64,000 nucleotides of DNA from contig CM082584.2 of the NCBI GenBank assembly GCA_040954595.2, positions 9,257,061-9,321,060 on the forward strand, in the 5' to 3' direction. Shown here one piece after another: positions 38,101 to 50,544 of the stretch (position 1 is the first letter of the stretch; every line of letters starts with the position of its first letter). Made by a program: the position numbers and the translations under genes. The notes beneath the pieces were generated by a model, which saw only the letters and a program-made list of their open reading frames with translations, had not been told where the DNA came from and made no database searches. Source of the DNA: Balanoglossus misakiensis (Eukaryota; Animalia; Hemichordata).

Positions 38101-41100
38101 CAAAACGCAGGTGAGCCAGACAAGACCCGCCACGAAGTCGAAGCTACCTTCAACGTTGCAAGACGTGAAATCCACTTCTTCACCTACGTGCAGAACAACA
38201 GCAGAGAATACGAGTTCGGCAACCAGTTCACCCTGACCCCCGAGTTCGGCGACAAGAAGGAGGCCACTTTCGCAGTCGGCTACGGTAACTACACCGACAG
38301 CACCAAGCTTCACCACGAGGTCTCCATGGAGCTCACCGCCGGCAACTGCAACATGCTGGGCGAGTTCGGCTTTGAGAAGACCGAGCGCAGCTTCGTCACC
38401 GAGACCCTGATGAGATGGAACCAAGACAAGCAGATGACCTTCACTGTCAACCTGGACAACAAGAGCCGGCCGGAGCAGACCGAGTTCGACCTGGACGTGC
38501 ACCTGAACCACCCGAGTCGCAGAATCGTCCTGGAATTCCACCACGAGAACACCACCGCCGACGTCCTCTCCAGGGTCGACCTCTCCTGGGAACCAACCAG
38601 CAAGATGACAACCGAGCTGGTCTACAGCAAGAGACCAAGCGGCGACAAGGATGTCCACTCCACCCAATTCTCCGTCATCCACCCACAGAAGGCCGTCGTC
38701 CTCAACTACAACCTGGAGAGGAACGAACGCGAGCTGAACAACGACTTCGAGCTTACCCTCGATGGCAAGAGCACCATCAAGGTCACAAGCGACTACAGAA
38801 ATGGCACCGACAGCCGCAGATTCATGTCTGACGCCAACATTGAATTCGAAAGCGAGCTCATCTCATCTGACCCAGTTAGAGTTGAATACCACGTAGAGAG
38901 GATTGGACAGGAATTCAACGTTGACTCCAAACTGACCTACCAGAAAACTCAAGAGGTGAGGTTTTATTATACACTGTACAGGCAATTATTTGATTTAATT
39001 CCACCGTAACAAATTCTTTGATTCTGATTAGACTAAGAGCAGCAGTGGAATCCCTGATTTGAGATTAATTTTAAATTATCCACTTTGCACTGTTGTCCTA
39101 GTTACTTAGCTTCTTTTTAATTGCTTATGGTGTTCTCATTTCTTGCCTTGTAGATCGAGATTGAAATGAGCCATGCTATCCCACGCAAATCTGAAGATGG
39201 CCAGCGCAACGAAGTCAGCTTCAAACTGGATACCCCTCTTGACAACAACAGCCCAATGAAGACCATCGATGTCGAAGGTAGCTACGAGCGCGACTTGGAC
39301 AGCCACAACGTCGATCTCGAAGTGCAGTGGGGCCGCAAGCGCAGAAACCAGAAGGTGTCCATGCAGGGAAGCTACGACCGCAAGGCCGAGGGAACAAGAT
39401 CAGAGCACAACGTGGAAATGAAGCTGAAGCACCCACTGGAGCTGCCACTCATCCCCGAGGAACCAGAGATGACATTCAATCTGGTCCTGGCTCCACAGAG
39501 CAAGGAGACTAGGGTAAGAAGGCGTCCACTTTTTCTACTCCCTCAGGCTTTCTCCCTCAACCTATTCAAACACTGTCTGACTGACACACAGCAAAATGTC
39601 ACTCTTCAAACAGTTGCCAAAATGGTTTCGTTTTCTACTCATTTGACTTGCACCCTGACATATCAATCGACTTTTGACTTGGTCAGCTTGATGTGGCTGC
39701 ATGCACATGTATCTAATGAAACAACCACATGTACTTATGCAGGTCACCTACAAATGGTCCGAACTGAAGGAAGCCAGCATTGCCGCCGTCTACCACAACT
39801 ACACCACCTCATCCAAACTGCACCATCTTGCTGATGTCATCATCAGCCACCCAGATCTTGAGGAGGTGAGTATAGATACACCAGAAGAATGTTTGAATTC
39901 ATGCCATCATCGGTTGCCAGGAAACTGGGCAGTCTGCCTCACACAGAGATCAACTGTGTGATGTGAAAAAAACTCAGATGCAGTAATGGTAAATCAAAAT
40001 TCTAAGATTAACTGTATTGGTGCACTGCCAGGATAAGCGACATAGCCTTAACTTCCAACTGTGGCTTTTTTCTCTCGCAGGACATCCACATGACCACTGA
40101 GACTAAGCTGTTCAGCGGACCAGTTCTTGTCAACACCATGGTGTCCGTCATCTACAGTCCAGACAAGGAGAAGGAAATCTTCTTCAAGACCAAGGCTATG
40201 AACAAGTCCTCCGAGACCGAGTTCCGCTACAGCTTCGAGACTGAGCTTCATCACCTGTACAACAACATTGATGTTACACTGGAAAGGTGTGAACCCACTT
40301 TCTGTTTGGATTAACCTATTATTTCTATAAGACTTGCGTCTACATTCTTCTTACAAAAAAGTGACAAGAACTTTGTTTTGCCAAGTGAACTTTGGTGTTA
40401 ACAACTTTCAATGTTTTTTTTTTAAATTTACAGTGAAGTAGGTAACACTGAGCAGAAAGCCAATGGACTCTTTGACCTAACCTTCAAGAACAAGGAGCAA
40501 TACAACAAGATTAAACTGGATGGTGAAGTTAACAAACCAGAGAGATCTTTCATTGTAAAGGTAGGTGTTTTAATATTTCTGTCATCTTCCAAGCACTCCT
40601 TTCATTGAATTTGATTTTAGTTCATGATGGCTGTGATATCATGTAAGGTGTTTCTGCAATGAGTCAGAGTTCTTGAAGTAATTATTTGCTGCTTGTGGAT
40701 AATTTACCAACAATTGCTAATTGTGAGATATGTCCCCCCTCCCCCAATTTTCCCAGACCGAGACCCCCGTGAAGACCATTGAAATGCAGGGCCAGTTTGA
40801 AGACAGATCCACCGCAGAACACACCATCTTCTACATGACACTGCACAATAAATATGATGGCTGGAAGGAGGTTCACAGCAGCATCGACATCAACACCAGA
40901 GAACGCCTGTTTGAGGTCACAGTCCACCACAACTATGGTAAATAGGACTGTCTTTCCCTTTTTCGCCCATGCTTGTCAAATTTCCACTGTACGTGATTAA
41001 CATTTTCTGTACCTAACAGGAAAGAAAGTCTAAGCTTCTCTTGTCCTTTTTCATGCAGAGAGACCAGAAGACTACACCCGCCTGACCGCTCAATTCTTGA

Positions 41101-44100
41101 ACAGCACCGCAGTCGAAGTCAGAGCCCACCGTAACATCCGTGGTGAGATCATCACTGATGGTTTGATCTACGCCCGCCTCAACACCTCCGAACTTCTGCA
41201 CACTCGCATCCACTGGCGCCCACAGATGTTTGGTGAAATCAAGGTACAAAATGACTGGCGCTTTTTGCAGTCTTATAATAGTATTTTCATGGTGTACAAA
41301 AGAGCCTGCTTATCTGTCTGAACTAACTGTCACATCTTAATAAAATGTTTGTACCTAAAATTTTATATTGTCAAAAATACCTAAAATTTTATATTGTCAA
41401 AAAATAGTTTCAATCCACTATTCATTTTAACATAGCTTGAACTGATCTTTGGTCAACTGGTTTCATTGTTTTAAAGATTTCAAATTAAAGTCTGTACTTA
41501 TTTACTGATGTTTGCACTTTTAAATTTCCGACAGCGCTACGCCAATGAAGTTATTGAGAGAAGCAGGAATCTTCGAGTTGAAGCCACACAGGCCTTGAAG
41601 GAGAAATACTGGGAACTCAAGTATTTGGTCCAAGACGAGATCCGCAGACTCAGAGAGGAGACCGCCATCAATTCTGAATTTGTGCAGGAACTCAAGAAGC
41701 TTGGCGAGGAACTCAAGAAGATGGCCATGGAAATTTACAACGACATGAAACCAGAGCTCAAGGTATGATATCACAAAAATTGGACAACTGTTGTTGTGGT
41801 GATTTTAAGGTGAAAATAAGTTTACACCGAGTACTGTTGCAGTGTACTATAAACAAGAAGGGAGAAGTAACTTGTGTATATTGCAAAACTATTTTAAAAG
41901 TATTAACTTCATGTATATGATTGACTTTCAGGACAAGATCGAAGAAATGAAACAGACCATCCAGACCAAATATGAAGAAATCCGCGCCAAGGCCGAGGAG
42001 CAGTACAAGGAATTCCAAGACAAGTACATGAACGACTTGAAGGAGACCATGAGACAGAGATGGGAGGAGATCAGAGACCAGGCCATTGAATACTACGACG
42101 AAGAGATGAGACCAGTCATGGCCGAGCTCAGAGAGGCCTGGGAAGATGTTCTGGATCTCGCCAGAAAGGACTGGGATGACATCGCCGAGTACTGGATCGA
42201 GCAGTACGACGAACTGAAGGCCATGGTCGAAGAACACACCAAGGTCCTCAGGGAAGAACTGCAAGAATACATCGTCAGAGCCAACCTGACCTACCAGGCA
42301 ATGAAGGGTGAGTGTCTTCTCTACTGAAAATATTTGCAAGCAAAGCATTGTTATGGCAATTAATTTGTGGACCAGCAGAAATGTCTGATAAGCAATTGTG
42401 TGGAAGCTAACTGTCCATGTTCAATCCTTCTCTACGCAGTGAAATTGGCTGAGCTCAAGACCGAGGTTTCCAAGAAACTGAGGGAGTACGAACAGAAATA
42501 CGAAGAAGTCAGAGCAAGGATGGAGAGATTCGCTGCCCGTACTGCAGATGCCATGAGAGCCAAGTGGACCGAGACCAGAGATTTGGCCATGAAGAAGTAT
42601 CAGGAATACAGGGCCATCGCCGAGCAGAAATACCAAGAATACAAAGCCATCGCTGAGCAGAAATACCAAGAATACAGAGCCATCGCTGAGCAGAAATACC
42701 AAGAATACAGAGCCATGGCCGAGCAGAAATACCAAGAATACAGAGCCATGGCCGAGCAGAAATACCAAGAATACAGAGCCATCGCTGAGCAGAAATACCA
42801 GGAATACAGGGCTATTGTCATGCAGAAGTACCAAGAATACAGAGCTCTGGCAATGAAAGAGTTTGAAGATGCCAAGGCCAAGGCTATTGCCACCTGGGAG
42901 GAATACAGAGAAGAGCTTGAACCCAGACTGGAAGAGATGAGACGCCTGTACGAGAAGACCCGCCAGGAAGTCATGGAGAAATACGGAGAGGCAAAGGACA
43001 GACTGCAGGAGATCTACGATGACATCAAGAGGCAGTTTGATGAGCAGTACAAGGCTATCATGAGCATGAGAGAGGTGCAAGAGATCATGGAAATGCAGGC
43101 CCTGAAGGACGTCCCACAGATTGTCATGGAAGAGGTATGTACAGCATTATATTTGATGGCGCAAATACAGGGATTTGATACTTAGCGGGATTGAATGTAA
43201 ATTAGAAATGGGCGACTGATGTTTGTTTGAGAGCAAATAAAATATAGCTACACTAGTGCTTTGTGGACACCATGACGTACAAATGTATTGTTATTGATCG
43301 TGCTAACTGTTCTGGGTTGTCCTGTTCTAGGCCAAATGGGCATGGAACTACTGGCGCGTGGAGAACAGCACCAAGGAGATGTACAACAGAAGCATCGAGA
43401 CCACCGTGAGACTGATCAACGAACTCAAGGAAGAGCTGAAGAACAAGTACTTCCGCTTCGAGCCCGAGAACGGCAACATCTTCATCACCGTCCCTCTGCC
43501 CATCAAGCAGCACAGCTTCGACACCTTGCCCGATATCCGCAACACTCACTTCGACACCCTGCTCAACGTGAACCCCATGGACGTGTACTACAAGTACAGA
43601 CCATCCATGGATATCTGGGACTGGATTCCACCACACAAGAGTGAGTAATCTGATCATGGTTTTTTTTCATAAACATCGTTTTCAATGATGTGCTGTCAAA
43701 CGTGTACCAGACACAGACAAGCTGAAAAAGTACAATTTTCTGTTTGATAGTCAAAAAGAATCACAAAATACTGAAATTGTCATTAATCAAGCATTTCTTC
43801 ACCCCTCCCCCAAAAACAGGCCATGCCATGATTGCTGGTATGCAACACTACATGACCTTCGACAAGAAATTCTACGAATTTGCCGGCGCCTGCAGCTACA
43901 TCGTGGCCAGCGATTTCATCGATGGCAACTTCTCTGTGATTGTCAACTATGATCGTGAGAGCGACAAACCAATCAAGAACTCCTTGACTGTCATTTCCCA
44001 AGACAAGGAAATTGAAATCTTGCCAGACTTCTCTGTAAGTGTTTGCCTTGTATCTTGCGCAGTTCTGCATGATTTTCAAATCACTGTCTCAAACCCTATA

Positions 44101-46624
44101 CATAGGATCACTTGCAGTAACATAAAATACATTAGTAAAATGTGAATTTTTTTTTTAATTTTAAAGTTTTAAAATTGTCAAACTGCGCCTTGGCGAACCG
44201 ATTTTGTTGAAGGCTATCCAACTAAACTTGAGCTCAAATTAATAATTGTGGTTTAATTTATTTTATTCTGACAGGTCAAGGTGAACGACACCACAGTGGA
44301 ACTGCCAGTGCAGTACAGAAACACCACCATCACCCGTGAAGGCAACATGATCCGCGTGCACAGCGCCAACGGCGTCACCGTCACCTGCAACCTGCCACGC
44401 GATGTCTGCACCGTCCAGGTCTCCGGATGGTACTTCGACAAGACCGGCGGACTGGCTGGCACCTACAACAACGAGCACTACGATGACTTCATGACCTCCG
44501 ACCGCCGGGTCACCGACAATGCCGAGGACCTGGCCCGCAGCTGGGAGGTCGGCAAGCAGTGCAGGAACAACATGAACAGAGCCCGCGTCTGCGACAACAT
44601 CGAACAGAGCCCCAGAGCCGACATCTGCAACAACCTCTTCATGAACGAGGCCTCTCCACTGAGGAAGTGCTTCGGTCTGGTAAGTCGCCGTGATTATTAA
44701 ACCCGAAAGAATTCATTGATGGCTGTGCCATTTCCAGAAACAGCAGTACAAAAAGCATCTACTAGAGAAATAATCATATTGTTTCAGTGGCAGATTATAC
44801 TTGTGGCAGTAATTCACATGAACATATTTCTGTGCCTGGTACTAAAACCGACATCATTGCTTTTCTGTTTCACAGGTTGACCCACAACCATTCAGACAGA
44901 TGTGCCTGAACGATCTGTGTGAAGCCAATGAGGTCGACACTGAAGAAGTCCCATGCAATGCTGCTGCTGCCTACGTCAGCGAATGCAAGATGAGCAACGT
45001 CCCAATGTACATGCCTAAGACATGTGGTAAGTAGATTGTGTGTGAAGAAGGTGTCCTTTTCTTGAGAACCCAAACTGTGGGTAGAGTTCCTGTACCAGTG
45101 TTACAAGAGACAGAATCTACAAACAAGTGCCCATTTTCTAAGTTTTTTCCCTCTTTCCTGACAGTCTCATGCAAGAAACCAAACGGTGGCATCTTCAACA
45201 AGAACGAGAACATCAAACTGACCACCACCAAGGACAACGTACCCAAGTCTGCCGACATCGTCGTCGTTGTTGAGGAGAAGAAATGCAACAAGATTCCAGC
45301 CAAGTCTCTTCGCAACTTCATCCGTGATTTGGATAAGGAATTCGAAGACCAAGGTGAGTTTTTTTTCTTAATTAATGGTTACAATAGTTTTTCTAAGTAA
45401 ACCTTTGCTTTCTATAATACAACTGATGGAATCCATTTCTTCACTCAGTGGAATTTTTCAACTTCTAAATGCAATCGTCTGGCTTCTGTTATACTAGGTC
45501 TTAAGGACAACCGCTACGGTCTCGTCGGATTTGGTGGCGAGGGCGTCCATGCTGAAGAACATTCTCACACCATCGACTCCAAACTCTTCCACCAAAATCC
45601 ACGCAAGTTCGTTCTCGGCAGCAACGATCTCGACTTCTCCGGCAACGGCCAGTACAACGACACCTTCCGCGCTATCCGCATGGCCGCCGAGTACCCATTC
45701 CGCACCGGCGTCGCCAAGACCATCGTCCTCCTGAGCTGCAGCGACTGCTCCGAGTCCACCATGGAGTACAGGGAGATCCACGGCATCCTGACCGAGCAGG
45801 GAATCAGCCTGCATGTGATGACCGACAATGGCTTCAAGATCAAGAAATCCAGCATTGTTATTTATGGTGAGTATTATAAAGCCACTTGCCAAATATCTAA
45901 TTTCTAATTGCATGCAAATTCAAGGGAGGGAGAGAGGTGGGAGGGAGGGGGATTGATGCCTAAATTTAATTTGTAAAATGTAATTTGCCACTGAGTCGAC
46001 CTGACCCAGTGAATAAAATACAGTTTGGCATTTTCCTCTCTTAACGAAGAATATTTCATATCTGGCAATCTTTAGGTTTGGATGCTAAGACTGTCTTCAC
46101 CAGCAAAGACGACAACAACCCATACGGAACCAAAGATCTCCGTGAATTCGTGAGAGGCCCCGAAAACCGCTGCACCAGACTGGCCCAGGAGAGCAACGGC
46201 ACCGTCTTCGATGCCAACCTCCTTGGCGAGAAATCCTTCTCCGCCGTCTTCAACCCACGCATGGTCTTCACCACCAAGCCATCCCCCTGCCAGCTGTGCG
46301 AGTGCGTCGAAGATGCCCAGGGCATGGGAAGATCCGTCTGCAGACCCTGTGAGGAGCCAACACCCATCAAGGCCATCAAGGTAGGCATTGCTATAACAAA
46401 ATGTTAATGAAAATATTTGCGGAGGGGAATGAGATGTTTGGTTTGCAGTGTATACTTAAACTCACAGCCTCGTAGCTAAACGCATTTCATTGTCTCTCTC
46501 TCCCAACCAGCTTCAGCCCAGCATCAAAACCACAAGCGCCGAAGTGAAATCCAGCAAGGAGGTCATCCTTTCGGACGTCAAGAACAGCAAGAAGTTCGAT
46601 GACTGGTTCAAGAAGCAGCAGTAA
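26158..46624 (+). CDS. Apolipophorin/apoB-like large lipid transfer protein: signal peptide, vitellogenin-N/LLT module, furin site, long beta-sheet region, amphipathic helical region, VWD + C8, C-terminal VWA-like region. ~39 exons, ~4,100 aa
   Basis: Exon 1 (26158-26209) encodes signal peptide MELKAVVLFAVIGTAFA. LLT motifs: YRYSY, WALNFKRGVLSHFQ, ETDVTGSCPTKY, LKALGNSG, EVRIAAYLAV, NQVGSFVWSHL, SWIPRSA, NLFEFGGRVEG, YFPLTGP. VWD: HYMTFDKKFYEFAGACSY...GWYFDKTGGLAGTYNNEHYDDF. C8: CFGLVDPQPFRQMC. Largest exons are 33666-36537 and 37381-38955. Last exon 46511-46624 ends FKKQQ-TAA. My by-eye exon sum is about 12.36 kb and stays in frame. Confidence 0.93.
34290..36221 (+). repeat. Coding tandem array of 23 x 84 bp (28 aa) inside the largest lipoprotein exon
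   Basis: Consensus RSLDA(D/T)MTLRGVREQDISFETTITGEKW. The 23 units span exactly 1932 bp with no indels. Units 17-20 (35634-35969) are near-identical at the DNA level. Confidence 0.95.
42589..42852 (+). repeat. Coding tandem array of 8 x 33 bp (11-aa EQKYQEYRA(I/M)A) in the helical region
   Basis: GAGCAGAAATACCAAGAATACAGAGCCATCGCT-type units repeated in frame. Confidence 0.95.
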
Positions 46625-48289
46625 ACTAAACGACCTCAATGCAAACTTGTTATCCCCTACGACCTAAGCATGTACGCTGCATGGGTCCTTGTGACCCATA
46701 GAGACGTTGTAATGCAATCTTTCCTTTGAACTGAAATTAGATCTTCAATCGCTCCAGTTTTATTAAACAAAAACAAAAAATTAAACACATTCAGGGTTTC
46801 ATCTTCTAGAATTGTTTATTTGGGATTGAAAAGAACATTTGGTATCATCTCGGCATTTAAAGCAAGATTTGAATTAGAACTTAGCATCTTCTTTCCCAAC
46901 TTCCTAAAAAAAAAACTAAGATCTCTATTTTCTAAAACACGGCAGTTTTATTGTTTCACTGCCCTTTGTAAACTTTTCACTGAGTTTGAAATGATTAAAG
47001 CAATGCAATTATTTAAGAAAAAGCAAGACTAACTTATAAGTTTCTGTTGTCTGTAGTTCTTATTTTGCTTTGAGTTTTTTTTCAGTTTTGGCAAATGAAC
47101 TGGAATTATGCGATTAACGCACAATTGAACCATTTCTACATAACTTTGTCCACAAAATTACCAGATTATCTGGACAAAAATGAAACTTACTAACCAGTGA
47201 AATTTGCCAAAACTATCCCTTAGTTCTCTCCCACCCCTTCCTTATTATTTTATTTGACCTGGTTATCTGGGAAAATGGGACAGCTCATTTCATTTACAGG
47301 GTAGCACAGAGTAGAGGGAAACTTTAGGAAAAAAATATCATTTTGCCAAAAGTGAAAATCATCACCTTAGAGCAATAGATGTGCTGCAAAATATCAATTA
47401 CTTGACTATCTTCCAAAAAGTCTAAAATTTAACGGATGCAGTTTATTCATACCCGAGGATGTTTTATTTACAGTAGAGAAATCTACAACAGTACTACCAT
47501 GTCTGAGGGAGCCACTTAGTGTCTTAACTTCTCAAGACTTTCAAAAGTTGTTTTGTATCTTGTGTGTTTTATGGATAGCCTCCAAATCCTGATCTTTGAA
47601 CTTGAGAAATGTTTGACTTGACTGATGATGTGAAAAATTATACTTTAAAGCATTAAACAGTTTTAAATAAATCTTACAAATTGTAACTCATTCCTGAGTT
47701 CCCCATGGTCTCTGTTTTGGCTTCTACACAAACTAACACTCTAAACGCAGCAGCATTGTAAACTTGAGAAAGACCTGAAACTCCTTAGAAAATTAACTAA
47801 CATGCATGATAAAACGGCATTAAAATAATACCCCCATAAATGCTTGTAGGTACCGGTTAACCAGCCCAAACCCACACTTTACATGCTAATGTCTTTTTTA
47901 GTCAACGATCTCGCTATCCGTGTCGGAAAAATCTAATGTAGATTGGGTAGGGGAAATCTTATCTGGATAAATGATGCCATGGCATTGTCTGAACCTTTCA
48001 CGCCCTTCTGGTTCCTTACTGGTCCACTGGAGTGGACTGCAAAGTCGTAGAAGTAAGATACTAAGACACTATATCATATAAATGTATTACATGGTTTATT
48101 AAATATACAATTTGGAATACAAATGTGTACAGAACTTGGTTATCAACAGCATGCGTCCCAATTGTTTACGCTAGGCTTATCCACTTCTCAATCCACTAAA
48201 AATAAATGTCACATTGCCCCTGCAAAGAGCCATGCATTTTGAGGGATCTTTTGCACTGTACAGGACAATGGTAACTGTTATTCCAGACG

Positions 48290-49216
48290 TCAAATATTTT
48301 GCAAGTATATCAGTCTCGACAGCTGGCACTGTTCCCGGCACAGTGGACATTCCGGCTTTGCCAGACACCATTCCGTGATGCAGCTCCAGCAGAAGAGATG
48401 ACCACACGGCGTAGCTGTCGGATGCTTCCGGGTTTCCAGACACAGCGAGCACCTGCTCCTGGGATCGGCACCGTCCACCTCACCCGGAACGACGTCATTC
48501 CCGTTGCCCACGTCCCGGACTTCCGTGGCCCTGTCTTTCGCACTACGCAGAGATCTGTGTCTGACAAAACCGCTGTACAGATTATACAGGATCGACAAGA
48601 CCAGCTGAGCCAGTGTTATCCATCCCAGAAATCTATAGCTCGGTTGATATTCGTCGTTTGAAATTCCAGCTCGGACCATCAAGTATCGCACCGATGTGAC
48701 CCGCTTGGAAATGTGGTAAAAAATGCCTTTTAAGTAGAAGAGTGCCAGGTGAACCCGGTGGGTGTACATTACACACGTACGGACGGTCGGGATACTCTGC
48801 AGCAGAAACTCTTTCGCAGATTCCGACAGATTGAGTCGTGTTCCGATCGCCTGAATATGCCGTTCTAGCAAAACCAGTCCTTTCTCTATGAGGTAGGGGA
48901 CCAGGCAGTTCAGGAGGACGTGCAGAGCTCTGGCAGTGGTCGACGGGATGGCTCGCTGGGTGCCATCCACCTGGACGATGTTACAGTACTCCTCCCCGAG
49001 AGTTTGATACCCAGCGATCGTGGTCAGCGCAAAGTAGCCCAAGTCGGCGGCAATGTCCAGTTCGCGCCGCCAGTGAATCCATGCTCCGGCCCCAGCAATG
49101 CTTTGAAAGATATCACTCAGATTCCTCCTCAGTAAATGAAGGTAGAACCAATCTTTCTGGTTGGACCTGATGATCTCTGGAGGCCCAGCAGGTTTGAACA
49201 TTCTGGACTGGGACAT
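48290..49216 (-). CDS. PEX10: Peroxisome biogenesis factor 10 (Pex2/Pex12 N-domain + RING E3 ligase); intronless CDS, 308 aa
   Basis: [58 protein letters not shown], and [43 protein letters not shown]. Confidence 0.97.
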   Translation of the reverse strand: MSQSRMFKPAGPPEIIRSNQKDWFYLHLLRRNLSDIFQSIAGAGAWIHWRRELDIAADLGYFALTTIAGYQTLGEEYCNIVQVDGTQRAIPSTTARALHVLLNCLVPYLIEKGLVLLERHIQAIGTRLNLSESAKEFLLQSIPTVRTCVMYTHRVHLALFYLKGIFYHISKRVTSVRYLMVRAGISNDEYQPSYRFLGWITLAQLVLSILYNLYSGFVRHRSLRSAKDRATEVRDVGNGNDVVPGEVDGADPRSRCSLCLETRKHPTATPCGHLFCWSCITEWCLAKPECPLCREQCQLSRLIYLQNI

Positions 49217-49242
49217 TCCTCAAAGCTCTGAGGGCCTCTGGC

Positions 49243-49669
49243 CTGCAAGTAGATATATATAATATAGCACAATCATATATTGCTATTGTTCTATTGTATA
49301 AACCACTAGTATATTTACTTCTTCCATAGACAGTTCTGTCCATGCTTAACGCCGTTGAGGGCGCTTCGCGATCACTGGTTGATTTCCTGTTTACGTACGA
49401 TATGCGAGACCCTGGGCCCTGCCATGGTGTGGCAGGGCTGTGTGGTCTTACGGCTATTGCCCTGTGATGCAGAGCTAGGTGGCTCATAGCCTCACGAGTA
49501 CGGGTATGGCGAGAATCCGGAGTAGCTAGGCACCGCCATGTGGAACGAACGACGGCCAGCCGCGCCAACGGTCACAGTCACACGACCAGCGTCGTACTCG
49601 TATCAAGCTTTGCGACGAACTTCAAAGCCTAACATTATAGGAACTATAGTAAAATAAAGTCTAACTTAC
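49243..49669 (-). other. Probable 5'UTR intron of PEX10
   Basis: Minus-strand donor GAT|GTAAGT at 49669 and acceptor ACTTGCAG| at 49243, 26 nt upstream of the ATG. Confidence 0.55.
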
Positions 49670-49771
49670 ATCGACTAATTCTGTATTAGAAAGGCGCCTG
49701 CCCTTCGTCGAGGACCAAGAAGACAACGAAGAGTACAAGCACAAACGGCCCAACGAGACGCTTCCATGCGT

Positions 49772-49791
49772 TGCACTTTGACCTATGAACT
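49772..49791 (-). promoter_or_regulatory. Overlapping DR1 nuclear-receptor elements upstream of PEX10
   Basis: TGCACT-T-TGACCT-A-TGAACT, which reads AGTTCA-T-AGGTCA-A-AGTGCA on the minus strand. Confidence 0.5.
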
Positions 49792-50544
49792 TTAGACTTA
49801 TGTGACCCCGGATGCGTGCGTGCGTACGTATGTAGGCCTATGTACAAGTGACAGCAGTAGTCGATAGGTACAGAAAATGAACTTTCAGTAGGCAAAAGAA
49901 AAAGAAACCAGAGATCAGACTTCCATTTTCAATAAAATGGAATCTTTATTGCATATTTCTATTCAAAAAGTGGTCCTTGCACACTGTATTGTATCATTTT
50001 GGCAACAGAAATGATGCGCTGCAAGAACTCTGCCTGTATTCAACTGTTTCCCGATCTGAAAGACTTGAGTGCCCCAAAGCTTCACTGCCAGTTCAAAGAA
50101 TCGCCTTATAAAAGTATTTCCTTCTTGTCCACAGCACAAAGCAAATTCGCAAGGTACATCTGTCATGGAAGCAGATTTTGGACCTTAGTTGAGTTATCTA
50201 TCCACTATTTAGGCCTACTTGCCCAAAAGTGCATTTCACATAATGTTCCTTTTCATTTTGTGCGTATCTTGTTATGTCCCCAAAAAGAATTAAGAATTAA
50301 TATAGAATTAGAAGACAACATGAACAAAACAGACTGAAAAGCGAAAAAGTAGCTGCGCCTAATATCCGATTAAATTCCTCCATCAACGTATCTAATAAAA
50401 AAACTTGTGGTCGTATATTATACGTTGTTACATTTATATTTGCAGTGCTGAAAAACTGTAAAGCAAACTTTAAGAACCGGAATTAATGCATGGTGGAATG
50501 TTTCTTTCTTTCTTCAAGTTCACTTGTCAAGTTCCCAGTTCGGC

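Noticed and set aside
41352-41404. Tandem ~26-bp duplication (TACCTAAAATTTTATATTGTCAAAAA x2) in a lipoprotein intron
   Set aside because: An ordinary local slippage duplication with no evident function.
42421-43080. Antisense hydrophobic repeat ORFs (VFLVFLL.., ALYSWYFCSAM..)
   Set aside because: Reverse-strand translations of the 33-bp coding repeat.
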